Shown piece after piece: positions 25,261 through 39,100 of a stretch of 64,000 nucleotides of DNA. The position numbers were made by a program, and so were the translations under genes. The notes beneath the pieces were generated by a model. It was not told where the DNA came from and searched no databases. It was given only the letters and a program-made list of their open reading frames with translations. Positions within the stretch are counted from its first letter, which is position 1. The number at the start of each line of letters is the position of its first letter. Source of the stretch: Hydrolagus colliei (taxonomy: Eukaryota); the NCBI GenBank assembly GCA_035084275.1, contig CM068743.1, positions 85,746,001 to 85,810,000 on the forward strand, given 5' to 3'.

Positions 25261-27039
25261 TAACAGCATTGATAACAAATATGCAAGTATTGATAACAAA
25301 TAGGTAAACAACAAATTGTCAGGTACTTCAAAGGCTCAGTTAACACAAGGTACACTTTAAGAAACACCACAAATTGTGCCACATGGAATTGGATCAATAT
25401 GGACAGGTTATAGATATGCAGCTAAAAGTTGGGGTTTTGTTTGCAGGAGAAAAAAGGTTGAGGGGAATATAATGGAAGGTTTCAAAAGTTATGAACGATA
25501 TTAATAGTAAATAGAGAGTAACTATATTCACTAATGAGCAACTTACAGACAAACAGGCAAAAATCAAACATCACAAGAAGAAAAACGAGATTCCAATAGG
25601 AAATGTTCTCACACAAGGTTATCCATAACAACCAATAAAAGTTAATTTGATAAATAATTGAAGAAAATCAATATTAATTTAAAAAACTACAGGGAGAGAG
25701 GTGAATGGGATTAAAGTAAAGAATATTCTAGGATTCTATGGATAACAATGGAATGACAGATAAATGAACACATATGAGAAAAAAATAGCAATTGCTGAAC
25801 ATGAAGAGATAGAAGCAGAATTGAAAGCTGAATCATTCATTCTTATCTCTGATACAGTGCTTCTTGCATTCATAACCCTCATAAAACTTGTTGGGCAACA
25901 TTAGCAATAATTTGAATCTCCACAAATTTAAAAACTATATTGAATGTTCAGTTATCAATTTTGTAAAATAAATAATGTCACATTTTAAGGGTTGTTGAAT
26001 GTGAGAATAACTCCAGAGCTGTTGATGCCGAGTCTATATTTGGATTAGAAAGGCAACTAGATAAATAATTGAGGGGAAACCGTATTGAAAGGGTATGGGG
26101 CAAAGAGTAAGGAAATGTGGTTAGCGTAGATAGCTGAAATGCTGCACACATTCCATCTGACTGTATTGGTGCAATTTCACAAGCAGCGTGTACCAGAATG
26201 TTGGCATATCAATAAATAAGGGCTTGGTCTTGCAGTCAGTTATTTCCTTTTAATGAATGAAAGTTATGTTATATTTTAATTACTGATAGTTTTAGAGCAA
26301 TGTTAGCTTGATTTTAACAGCTTGTGCAAATGATTCCAACAAAGAGGCAATAATAATTATTACTGCCTGGTACATTGAACAGATTCTGAACATGTTATTC
26401 AGGAAATACAATTCACATTTTGTGTTTCAGAGAATTAACATGGGAACAATAAACACTCAGGCTGATTGTAAAAATAAGGGCATTTCCACTACAAAAATTA
26501 TTTTACATAAAAATGATCAACTGCCCATTTGTTATCCTTAATTTCTGCTTTTCATATTACTGAACACCATCTTTGCATAAACCTTCTGTCTTTAACACTT
26601 AAATGTTATGTAAATTCATAAAAATGTCCACCTTTGGAACACCAGAAGTAAATATAATTCCATGGGTCCTTCCACAACGATGCCTTCAAATAAGAAATCT
26701 TATATACAATAAGTGCTTCAGTGACATCTCTCTTTGAAGGAATTGTCCCACTGTAAATATTTGGCTACAGTTATTGAGGAAATGACTGTTCTCTGTTGAA
26801 GTCAAAAAGGTACTATGCTCACAGATGCCTGGGATTTCAGTTCATCTTATTCGTTGACTGTTTGCATTATTGCGGCACAGGAGATGAATGCATTTCTAAT
26901 ACTTGAACTGCAAAGTGACAATATGTCTCCTGAACTGGAAGGCTTGTACACAAATCCCCATGGATGTGGTATGATAAATATTTATGTTCAATGGAGCAGC
27001 ATCAAGTCCTCCAAACTGGATAGAAACAATGGGAGTCTG

Positions 27040-27171
27040 TCAGTTATTGTACTTCGCTTTCACAGTGCCACTTTGGCTTCCGACGTAGAGAGGATCCATG
27101 CAAGCAACTTTGGCAGCAAAGAAGGAATGTATGCAGTGCAGAACTGCAAAAAGATTGGAAAATTCCAGCTC
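27040..27171 (-). CDS. SNTG1: SNTG1 terminal coding exon
   Basis: ttattgcag|ELEFSNLFAVLHCIHSFFAAKVACMDPLYVGSQSGTVKAKYNN*. Confidence 0.96.
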   Translation of the reverse strand, partial: ELEFSNLFAVLHCIHSFFAAKVACMDPLYVGSQSGTVKAKYNN

Positions 27172-30100
27172 CTGCAATAAAAGAAAATGAAGCAAAAATA
27201 AAGGGAAAACAAAAAAAGCCTTACTTAAACACCCAGGCATCATGAACTAGCTTCAAATCTGGAGAATCACGTGTCGGTTTCAAGTCAATTACATATTAAA
27301 CTAAACTACATCATATTTTCATATTTTATAATACTAAAATAAACCTGCCAGATCATCTCTAAAGGATTCAGGGGTGCTTAACAGCAGTTATAAACTTCAA
27401 GGGTATGGGGGAATGGGCAGGCAAATGGGACTCTGAGGATTGGTCAGCATAGGCACGATGAGCAGAATAGCTTCTATGGTTCTATCGCTGATGGCAATGG
27501 TATTTCATTGACTTTGCTGTCGGAAATGATCAGACTAAAAAAGGTGGTTAAAATTTCAGCACAGCGCGTGAAATGTTATGCCACTTTTTGCTTAGATGGA
27601 GAAGCAAAATATGCAGAATTCACAATTATTTACCACAGGGGACCAGATTTTGGAACAACATAAATTTAGCAAAATCTACCTTTAATTTAATGTTGGTGAA
27701 AAGCGTCTGAGAAATGAGTATAGCAACCTTTAGTCAGACAGGATTGGCAGCATTTCCAGTGGCTAAAACTCAGCACTTTAAAAAGAGGAGGAGGATTGCA
27801 GATTTTCTATATGCAAAAAAAATCTTTTTTCATTCACAGTGATTTGTCACAGCCTCTGTTGACTGTTCCATTTTTCTTGTAAGAATATAGTTTTCATGCA
27901 GAGATTTATCAGGCTATAGATTTCAATCGATGTCTGTGAACCTTCCTAGAATAAAGTTAACATAACCTATACAACAGGAAGACAAATTCCAGCAGATGAT
28001 ATAACCCTCAGAAAATGCAAGCAGATCTGAAGGCTATGACAGAAATTACAAGTGTAGCAGATAGATTGAATGTTGTAAAAATAAATTCAATGCTAATCAA
28101 AAGAATATTGCGAATAAACAAAGGAGTACTTAAATTGTGATTAGATATTACCAGAGAGTAAGGTGCGAGTGATTTAGATCAAAAACCTCTCACCTCTCAG
28201 CAAACAATAATTTATCGCCTCAAAAAACTAGATGGCTTGGATTTTCACTTCCAGTAAATATTCAGTTAGTTTCAATCTAGGCTTGCAGGGAATCATCTAT
28301 ATTTACTCGGGTTTAAGTCTAAGCCTGAAAATGATTGCAGTGGAAGCCATTAAGCATGACTGATCATATATAGTTCAATAGATATAAATAAAATAAATAA
28401 AATTATATAAGACAGACTTAGATTTACCACCTTCTTCAATAAAAAATAGTGGGCTTTGGGGAGGGAGAGGAGATGGTAGTGTTTCAGCAGTGATTCAATA
28501 ACTTGCACTTATATAGTTAAGGGAAAGAGGGGAAGGTTTAAGGGTCAGTACAACATGCTCAAAACAGGAATGTCATGAATACCTTGAATAATAGCAATTA
28601 ATTTTTAAATTATATTTATATCTGTTCTCTTGTCACATATCCAGTACTTCAATGATTTCCAGAATGATTCTCCAGCAACATTTTCAAGTGACGATTTATT
28701 TCCATGAAGATTTACTAATTTTTTCTCATTAAATCCAAATGTCAAAGATTACATAATTAATTTCACTTGAACAGTATTCTCCATCTTATGTTGAAGCTGT
28801 TACCTCATTCAAAATGAGCCTCTCATTCAAAGAAGTGACAAAACAATACCTGATTAACTTTGTTGAAGGATTGAAGTGTCAATAATAACAGCATAAAACC
28901 TAGCTGAAAATACAAGTGTACATAATAATCAGTGTCCAGTTTCTAATTTTTTAAAAAAGTTTTGAATTGTGTATTTATTTAGGCATATAACGATTTTAAC
29001 TATTAAATGGGTCATTGGGATGTTTGTGGTCCAATTTGCCAATTGAGTCGATAAAAATGTGCAATTAGATCATTGTGGAACCTTTGACTGTTGTTCAGAC
29101 AGTCTTGCACAATGATCTGAAACGTACTTACTTTGACATCTTTGTGATGAATGAAGATTGAAAATGAAGCTGGACAGGTACTGGAAGGTAATCCCATTAA
29201 AAACATAAATATTTAGCATTGAACTTTAAACTGTTAATGATAAGATCAACTTTATTTTTATGTGCACAGTTCCTGGGGCCATTGAGAAATATCTCATTTT
29301 GCATCTTAGAGTCCCTGATGACAGCCAGTAATAGTACTGTAAATTTAATCTGATTGCTCCAATGAAATAATCTGGTTCAATTTTAATAATCCTCGTACTG
29401 TATTTGATATAGCACATTATCACGTTTTATGAGACATCTCAAAGCACTTCACAAGTTATACTGTATTTTGTGGGGGCGACACACAGCAGCCAATTGCGTA
29501 CAGTAGTGTTCCACAAACAGTCGTGGATTGAGTGGCCACATTTTTTGTATTGTTACTTTTTAAAGGGATTATTCCCCCCAGAAAAGCGATTTGCCGATCA
29601 ACTAACAACCAGGTTCCTACTTATTGCTGGATAAACAAAGGCATATGCAGTAAGGAAACTTGCCCAACATTTCACCCTGCCAGGAATCAAACCCAGATCC
29701 TCTCGTTTGGAGACAAGTGTTCTAGCCAGTAACTTTGCATTTGTTCAGCAGAACATAAACCTTTCAAATCTTTCAGCTGAATAAAGACATGCATTGAAAC
29801 ACGTGAGCTCCAAAATGACTTGGTGGCTCCAAATATGGTTCAAGTGGTGGTTCAAGTGAAGAATTTTGGCTAATGCTGATCTAAGCTCCTCACCATCCCC
29901 AAACTGACAATTGTCTGTGGGTTAAATGATCACTGTGTGTGAAATATAAAAATGTTCAGTGTCATTTTCTCCTGCTGACCATTGTCCAGATTGTAGATTG
30001 TTTAGTTTGACAACTTTAGGCCTCAACTGGAGTACTGTATTCAGTTCTAGGCACCACACATTTGGAAGGATGTCAAGAATTGGAGATGGTGCAAAGGAGA

Positions 30101-33100
30101 TTTACCAGGAAGGTAACAGGAATGAGGATTATTCTACTTGGAGCAGATGAGATTAAGAGGAGACTTAATAGAAGTTTTCAACATTATCAGAGGATTTGAT
30201 AGGGTGAACAAGATGAAAACATTTCCACTGATGAGTGGGTCGGTAACCCGAGGATGCCGATTTAAAATAGTTGTTAAAAGAAAGAGAGGGGAGGTGAGGA
30301 GACATTTTGTTTACACAGCGAGTTATTTGGATCTGGAAATGCATTGCCTGGAAGCCAATTTGTTAAAAACTTTTAACAACAACATACAACAAAATTACAT
30401 TTATAGAACGCCTTTCACATTGGGAAGACATCTCATGGCACTTTAAGAGAGAAATGGATAGTTACTTGGGAACAACAGGTTTATAGAGCATTCGGGAGAG
30501 CACGCAAGAGTGGGATTGATTTGGATTTGGACAGCTCTTTTCAAAGAGCCGGCACAGACATGATCGGCCGAATGGTCTCCTTCTGTGCTGTATAATTCTA
30601 TGATAATTCTATGATTGTATGATTCTAACTGCTGGTGAGTGAAATTTAGACTCACCAAAGTGAGTGTTTGTATTAAAATGCATGACTTTCCTTGGTTAAG
30701 TTCATTGCTACTTCAGAGTTCAGATCAGCCGCTTTGTTAGCAGTCTAAATTAAAGATAGATAGTTTCTAAAAGAAGCAGAGGGGAGGTGAAGTGAGGAGA
30801 AGTGTTTTCACTCAGCGAGTTTTTCGAATCAGGAATGCATTGGCTGAAAAGGTGGTGGAGGCCGATTTGATAACTACTTTTAAAAGAGAGGTAGATATTT
30901 ATTGGGGAGGATAGGTTTGTATGGTTATGGGGAGAGAGCTGGGGAGTGGGATTGAATTGCTCTTTTCAAAGAGCCGGCACAGACTTGATGGGCCAAATAG
31001 CCTCCTTTTGCGCATAAGATTCTATGATTCTATATAAAATGAGGATTACTGAGCATGGAGGAGATACTTGTTGGAGTAGTTTGGTGGTGTTGATTCTAGG
31101 CATTTCAGTACAGTTTTACTTCTGCTCCTATAAGGAATGCATGGACTTTTAAAATATTTAACCCCATCACCTTCCCTCCCTGAAGGTTCAATGGCAATCT
31201 GCAACCAAAGACCACATAAGAATGATTCTTTGATTGTTCAGTAATATTTACTGACCTGCTATTTTTCACTTGTCTGAATATCTGACCTAATGGTCCAAGG
31301 GCAGATCTGACTGGACCACATCAAAATGTACCACTCCACCTTTGTCTGCACTAAATCGCCCTTCTATTCCAAGATAATCTTGGAGGCAAAGGTTTCAAGA
31401 TTTCGATTTCAAGATCCGCACTCTTATTTTCAAGTCTCTCCACTCCTCTGCACCCCCCCTAACTCTCTGACCTCCTCTCTCCCCAACACAGCACCCGTTG
31501 CCTTTCTCCTCCGGTTCTGGTCTCCTCTTGTCCCCTAAATCCTCCGCTCCACTATCAGCTGTCGTGCCTTCAGCCACTACGTCCTAAAGCTCTGGAACTT
31601 CCTTCCTCACTCCCTTCGCCTCGCCCTCTCTCTTCCTAGTTTCAGGACTCAGCTGAAGACCTTTCTTTTCGACCATGCCTTCGGTCACCTTTTTTCCCCT
31701 CCGCCTGGCTCGAGCCCAGGATCCGTTATTGTGAAGCGCTCTGAGACGCCATTCGGCATGGAGGGCGCTCTATAAATGGAAGTTGTTGTTGATTATGGAA
31801 ATTCCCTCCTTGTCAGCTCTTCCCTCCACAAGGTGCAGATCATCCAGAACTCTACAGCTTATATCCTCGCCCACAGCAGCCTTCATGACCCCATTGCCTC
31901 CAATTTTGCCTCGTACCAATGGCTCCCCATCCCACAGAGGATAGAATTCAAAATCCTCGTCCTCATTTTCAAGGCACTCCATGGCCTTGCCCCCCTCCTA
32001 CCTCTCTGACCTGCTGACCGCCTATCAGCTTGTCCACTCCCTCTGTTCAGCCTACTCCATGTGACCTGCCCTACCACTGATGGCTATGCTTGCAGCCTCT
32101 CTGCTCCCACCTTTTGGAACTCCATCCCACAATCCCTAATATAGATGAACAATAGGACAGAAGAAGTCACCAATTGCCTGGGAAATTATGACCAGGGTGT
32201 AGATTATTCAACCATTCCCACAATTTCCTCTCTTCAACTAATCAATGATTGAAACTGGTTACCAACAAGGATGATTGAAGCCAAGAAATTCAACTAATTT
32301 AAAAAGCATCTTGATGCAGTGATGGGGGGATAATATGGTGGGTGTTCTGGTGGAATGCGATCCGATGGGCCTTTTTTATGCAGACTAATCTTGTGATCTT
32401 GTGAACCTTGGCCTCCACAGATAATAATTCCACTGCCCTCTCCTTGGTTCCAGTACTAAAAATTTATTTTCCTCGATGAAGCGCTTGTTCCTTTCATTCT
32501 GCACTTACCCTTTTTCCACCAATACAGGATTCCAGCAGATGCTAATCCCGTTCCTTTTTGATTTACTTAAAATAAAAGCAGGAATGACTGCTTTTGTTGG
32601 CAGCTGTTGAGCTCTTTCAATTTGAAAGCATCTTCATTTACAGGCAAACTGCAGGCTTGTATTTTCATACCGGCAATAAAACAAAGCTTTCTCAAAGATA
32701 AAGTCATAAGCAACTCACCCCGTTGATCTCCTTGTACTCAATTTATGAATATAAGCTCTTTCAATGGATTAGTGCTTGGTGCCTAAACTAATATAATCAC
32801 TTTATTTCATTAATCCATCTGCTTCACAGCATAAAACTCTCCGAAACCATTTCCTGTTGAGGTAACTGTTCATTTTATTATGCCCACATCCCTATCTTCT
32901 CCACTACTGTTCATAAGAAGCAGCTTATCCATGTCTACTTTGAAGGAGTTCACACAATCATAAGAGGGTATGAATGCAGAAAGGCACTTGATCACACCTT
33001 TCCAGAATATCCATCCTACTGTCTTCCCATTTCAATGCAGCATTGACTTTGTTGGGAGTCAATATATATATTCACTATCCCGTGGGAAAAATAATCTTCA

Positions 33101-36100
33101 AATCTATATTCATGTTTGAGAATTAATCATTTTAAATATATGCTATAGAACCCTACATTAAAATCTACCCTTCACTCCTTGACCCATCTACACGATTAGT
33201 CCAGAATCTGATATGCACATACAGTATCATATTACTCTATATCATTTACCTGTCCACAGAGTTTGGTGTCATCAACAAGTTTTGAGTGCTGCATGTGGTG
33301 TTCTCCCCTGAATCATTATGACTCCCGAAAATACTCGCATATACAGTAGATAACCAAAATGGTCATCAGCTCCAGTTTGCATCATTTGTCATCCTCTCTT
33401 CTCTCTATTAGCAATCCTGCTTTCATTATAATTTGTTAATTTGCTAATATTTCCATGAGCTTTAACCTTTAAAAAATCTCACATGTGCTATTTGATCAAA
33501 TGCTCATCATTCAGTTTAGTTGTTTCTCAATAATTATAGTAGATTAGGAGGCATGGTTTATTAATCCAATACATTGCCTCTATAGCAATTGTGCTCTTCA
33601 AATGACCATTAATAACAACTGATATTATGCTTGCTAGCATTTTGTTCACTGCAGATCTTGTCAATTCTAACCAGATCTTCTACAATGCCATTTGATTTGG
33701 GATATACTTCAATATGAAACTCAAGCTGTGCATTTAGGGTTTCCTTCTTCTATAAAATTATCACACTGAAAATCACACTGACTGGTGGGAACTCTGCTTG
33801 AGAGAAATCATTGATCTTGAACCTTTAATCACGTGAACTGCTGGTTTCAAAAATGGGATCCAATTTGACAGCTAATGGATTAGTAATTTGTGAATCCTGC
33901 AGGCATGTGTCTGAGAGAACCCTTTGGAGTTTTTCTTGAAGCTTCCATTGATTGGCTCAAATTTCCTGATTTCCTACAATATACAATCAATTCACTTTAT
34001 AATAATTTCTGTGAAGCGCTTTGAAACGCCTCTATGATGTAAGGCACAATATCAAATGCAAAGATTATTATTAATTAGAATTCATGGAAGTCAAAATTGA
34101 AATCAACTCCAGAGCAAAGTTCCTGAGGATCAGCTTCAGACACACCCAGAAACTGCTGGATTTGTTATTTACAAACTACTTTGTAAATTACATCCCATTA
34201 GTTACCATTTACTGCTTGTAACCATAGAAGAATTCTAAGCATCTCACAGAAACAAACTAATTCCTCTTATGACTAGTAATTTGTGCATAATACTATCAAG
34301 CAGAAAATTGACTCTGATATGTGGTATGTGTATTTTTTCCCCCAAATGTATCATGATAAACTGAAATATGCTACTGAATAAATTCAGGGATTTCATTAAT
34401 TTAATTTAATGGAATGAGGAGGCCATTTTATCCATTAAGCGTGCCCTGCAAGGAGTTTGGAGTACAGTTTGCTTCTTCCCTATACGACCTGGGTCAAGAA
34501 GCTGAGGAGGTGTATCTGGCAGTTTGTGATGGAGTCTGAGCTCAACTTGTGTGGATCACAATTCCACAGAAACAAATTACCCAAATTTTAAACTGTCGCG
34601 GATGGGGGAGAACTTCAGTACAATTGTTGCAGAATTGATTTTTGTGAGTTTCTGTCACATTTCTGTGATCTAATCTCTAAGAGCCAATTTGAATATACTT
34701 TCAATTAACAGTGCACACGATAATCCATGTGACATGCTCTCTGAGGGCTTTAGCATTCCATTCTGTATCTGAAAACACATGCAGTGTAATTACTTCTCTG
34801 GAGAATACCACACTACCTAATTGAAAAACACATGATGATTCTTTTTGTGGAGGTCAATAGTTCAGCAGTATTTCAGCATCTCATGATTGAAGTGGATATT
34901 CGATCTCTTGTCTTTTTCAACTGTATTAATATTTTTAAAAGCATTTTGTATCATGAAATATAAAATACGTACTATAAAGCGTTACATTTTTCACAAAAAA
35001 TAGCATTAACACAGGTTTGCCTGGCATGATACTTGTTCCACAACCCATTACCTTTGCTTCAATTTGTTTTGTGTCCGTATTCTGGAATAAAAACTTAATC
35101 TTGCTCTTTCCATCATCTGAAGAACCTTTCAGTTGAGAAAACTTGTATCTCCAGAGAACAGCCTGTAAACAGCATGTAAAAAATAAAAGATCAATGCCAA
35201 ATAAGTTATCTAGAATACACTATGCTGAGATTTTTCTTTTGCCATATGTGTTTTACAACAAAATGATTTTGTCTTATTAATTTAACTTAATTGGCTGTAG
35301 TGCAGAGTGAACATATCTGAAGGAAAGGCTTTCAACTTTTCAGATTGCTGATGTCAAGTCAGAACACGGTGTGTTTTACAATTGAAATAATTTGTTACAT
35401 ATGATTCAATCAAAAGAAAGATCAGGAGAACCTACAGGGATTGTGATTCTCCCTTCTCCCAAACTGAACTTTTGCTCAAACATTAAACAGATACACTGTC
35501 TTTGCAGTTTACCATTTCAGTTCTACATTGGGGAGGACGGGTTTGTGGGGTTATGGGGAGAGAGCTGGGAGTCAGATTTACTTTGAATAGCTCTTTTCAA
35601 AGAGCCAGCACAGACTCGATGGGCTGAATGGCCTCCTTTTTGTGCGGTAAAATTCTATGATTCTATGATTGAGAAATTCTACTAACTGTAAAATTATTTG
35701 ATGATGATGATATAATAATAATCCTTGCATTTAATATAGCACCTTTCACCTCAGGAGGCAGGACATATCAAAGTGTTTAAAAGGATTTACTACAAAGTCT
35801 AGTGACTGTGAAGTTTGTAGATGAATGTGTCAGTCAATTTACAAACTGCAATGTTTCATAAACAGCCATGAAGTGAATGATAATTTAATCTGGGGGATTC
35901 TGGGCTATCATTCTGGAAGAAACTCACTTCTCTTTTTGAATATTGTCAAATACAGTGGCTTGAATAAAAGGGGCGGAATGGTGATCCTATATAAATTTTT
36001 GCAGCAATATGTTAACTCATAAATTGCATTGTAGACTCGAATTCAGATAGTGGCACCATCCCATTTCAGAAAGAAGCTGTTCAACAAGTCATGAAGTGAA

Positions 36101-39100
36101 TCACCAATCAGGTAGAGACATTAAATGCATGCCAAAATTCTATTCACATTTAACAATAATTGTACAAAAAAGATGAATTTGGTAGAATTTAATTAGTGAA
36201 GTCAGCACTGCGTAGTGCCTATACCAAGGATATAATAAGCTCCCTGTAGACAAATGGTCGGTTGTACAAGACCAATAAAATCTCTCTATTCAATCTAATA
36301 AATAATGCTCATTGGTGTACCCTTGAATGTGAGACCTGTAAGAGGATCAATTCATAATATTCTGTGGTCTGCTTCTTTCTTCCAGACTGAAATATTATTT
36401 CTCTTATCTATTGAGCTGGTCCATATCTATAGTAGGGATGCATCCTTCTCACTGACCTGATCAACCCAGCTCCTCACATTTATCGATCTTTCTTCTTAAT
36501 TGTGCCAAGTATTTCTCATTTAATGATCTAATTCACAACATCAGATTGTCTCTATACTTATTACTATATTTTTCAGTATTACACTGACAAACCCAGTTTC
36601 TCACTCACTAGTCAGTTTTCCTTTTCATTTATACTGTTGACTTTTCAAGTCCCTTTTAGTCACATCCATCCTTGAGTTTACATTGTCAGAATGAAGCTTA
36701 CGATCTCTCTCATTAACTGTATGTTGACACGCTAAACCTTCCCTCCCTAACTTCCTTCCTGAACTTTACACTTATGTACCGGAGATCTGATATTTCTTGC
36801 TCTCAAAAATCATTCCCTTAAAATAAAGAGATTTGTTTTAATTTGGCGAGTTGTTTTCTTCAGTTCTTCAATCAAACTTCACAAATTATGATACTACAGT
36901 AGAAGCCGTTTATCCGTGACCCGATCAACCGTAACTTTCTCAAAAAAAAGATCCGCATTCGATAAACCAGAATTTATCCAGAAAACAGCATTTTTTGGGT
37001 GTTTTGTGTTGCGTCAGTATTTTGGATTGCTGCTACTAGATGCCTGATGGTGTCGCTAGCTCAGAATGCTGCCGGTACAGCATTCTACAGAGTGTACAGA
37101 GGTACACTCTCCGGGATTGAGAGAGGAGGGAGAGAGCAAGGGTGAGTTCATTAATTTAGCCACAAAGCAGCAAAACACACACACACAAGCAAAGCTTGCA
37201 GATCAATGCACATCACAGCCTTAGCATTTATTTTAATAAATTTAATAAATTAATAAAAAACAAAACACCTCTCAAGTTTGTTTTATTTTATAAATACCTT
37301 TAAGCTTGGGAAGCTGCAGTGTATATCAGAAACACACTCAGTGCCTCCCCCTACCCCAGTCTGATGTTAAAAACAAATCTAACTTTAAAAGTGAAATGAA
37401 ACGTTTGCTTTCAACGCTGATCCTTGGATCATTTGGAAGGAAAGTTAACTGAACAGTGACAGTGGGGCTGCTTTCTCACTAACACATTTGCTTTCCTCTC
37501 TTCTGCCCCCAATGAAAACAGTGAGATTCAGACATGTAACTTTTGTACTAGTTCAAAGATCTCTCTGAACTGCCTGGTTTCTGTGTGTAAAATGATTATA
37601 ATTATTATTGATATATTATATTATCAAATAAATTATTATTTAGTCTATTATTAATATATATTTTTTTTAATTGTGTTGGGTTTTCTGCCGAATATCCGGC
37701 AGGTGCTTTAACCAGCACTGGCCAGGTCCCGAGGGTGCCGGATAAATGGGCTTCTACTGTATTTACAATTCTACAGGATACTACACAATCTTGAATTTTA
37801 ACATTAAGACTCTGAGAAATGCCAAGTCTCTGGTTACTTCATTATCCACTGAGCTCCTTGCTTAGCTTTCTCTACTGATAAGTCCAGCTCAATAGTCATT
37901 GAGCTTTCTCACATGCTCTGCCTAGATCCAGTTAACAACTCGACTCTGCTTGACTCTAAATGGGATTTTGAGCTAATAGTCTAGGCCACAGATGACAAAC
38001 TTGCAGCCCCCAACAACAACACAATTATATTTGTGTAGCGCATCTCATGTCGGAAGGACATCCAAGGCGTTGGACCAGCAGTGTTTCCTACCAGAGCTGG
38101 GGGTTGGGATTAGGCAGGATGGAGAGCACGGCGGGGAGGACCGGTGACCAAAGGTAGTGTCGAAGAGGAGGGTCTAAGAAGGGTTTTGAAGAGAGCAAGA
38201 GAGAGATGAGCTGGGAGTGACAATTGTGAGGCGGGGGATGTGAAGCAGCCTAGAGCCCGCTGAGTGGATGGAGCAAGCAGGTTGGTAGGGGATTAGAAGG
38301 TTAGAGGTAGGAGGGAGCTAGGGCAGGAGGGTTTTGAAGGTGAGGACCAGGATCTTGAATGTTTCCTTGCTGTGATGGGAAGCCAGTGGAGCCAGGCAAG
38401 GATGGGATTGATGGAGTCGCAGAGCCTGGCGTGAGAGACAACATGGGCTGTAGAGTTCTTACAGCCTATGGATGGAGCGTTGGGAAGGCCAACAAGCAGG
38501 GAGTTTGTGTAGCAAAGCCTGGATGTTTTCAATGTATGTATGAGTGTCTTGGCAGCCTGCAATGGGAGAGCTAGGCAATGTGAGACAGTGGGGGAGCTAG
38601 GCAATGTTACAGAAGCGACAACAACAGCAACAGCAAACTAATGTTTGTAAAACTCTTACATTGGGAGGACGTCCTAAGGCACTGAACAGATAGGGATCAG
38701 GACTTGAACATAGGGGCAGGGCTGGGATGAGGGAGGGTTAGTAGGGCGGCTGAAGGTACAGTCAAAGCAGAAGGTCTTGAGTAGCGCCTCGAAGGAGGCA
38801 AGAAAGGGAGCAAGGTGAAGGGATTGGGGGGTGGGGGGCGGGTGGGGTGTGGGTGAGTCCCAAAGAGTGAAGGTAAAGAGGTGGAAAGCCCAGCAGTAAA
38901 ATGGTATGGTTCGTCAGGTGGGAGATCTGGAGTAAGCTGGCAGAGTGGGATATGGCACGGATGCGAGGTAGAAAGGATACTTTAAAAGAGAGCTAGACAT
39001 TTATTTGGAGAGGACGGGTTTGCACGGTTATGGGGAGAGAGCTGGGGAGTGGGATTAAATTGCTCTTTTTAAAGAGCCAGCACAGACTCGATGGGCCGAA

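Noticed and set aside
1-26000. Exons of a neighbouring gene such as PXDNL or PCMTD1, expected from recalled human synteny
   Set aside because: No recognisable exon peptide found by eye; small exons could have been missed and tBLASTn would settle it.
26249-26280. Two minus-strand ATTAAA hexamers as the SNTG1 poly(A) signal
   Set aside because: Plausible position (~760-790 nt after the stop) but non-canonical and common in AT-rich DNA; needs 3'-end sequencing.
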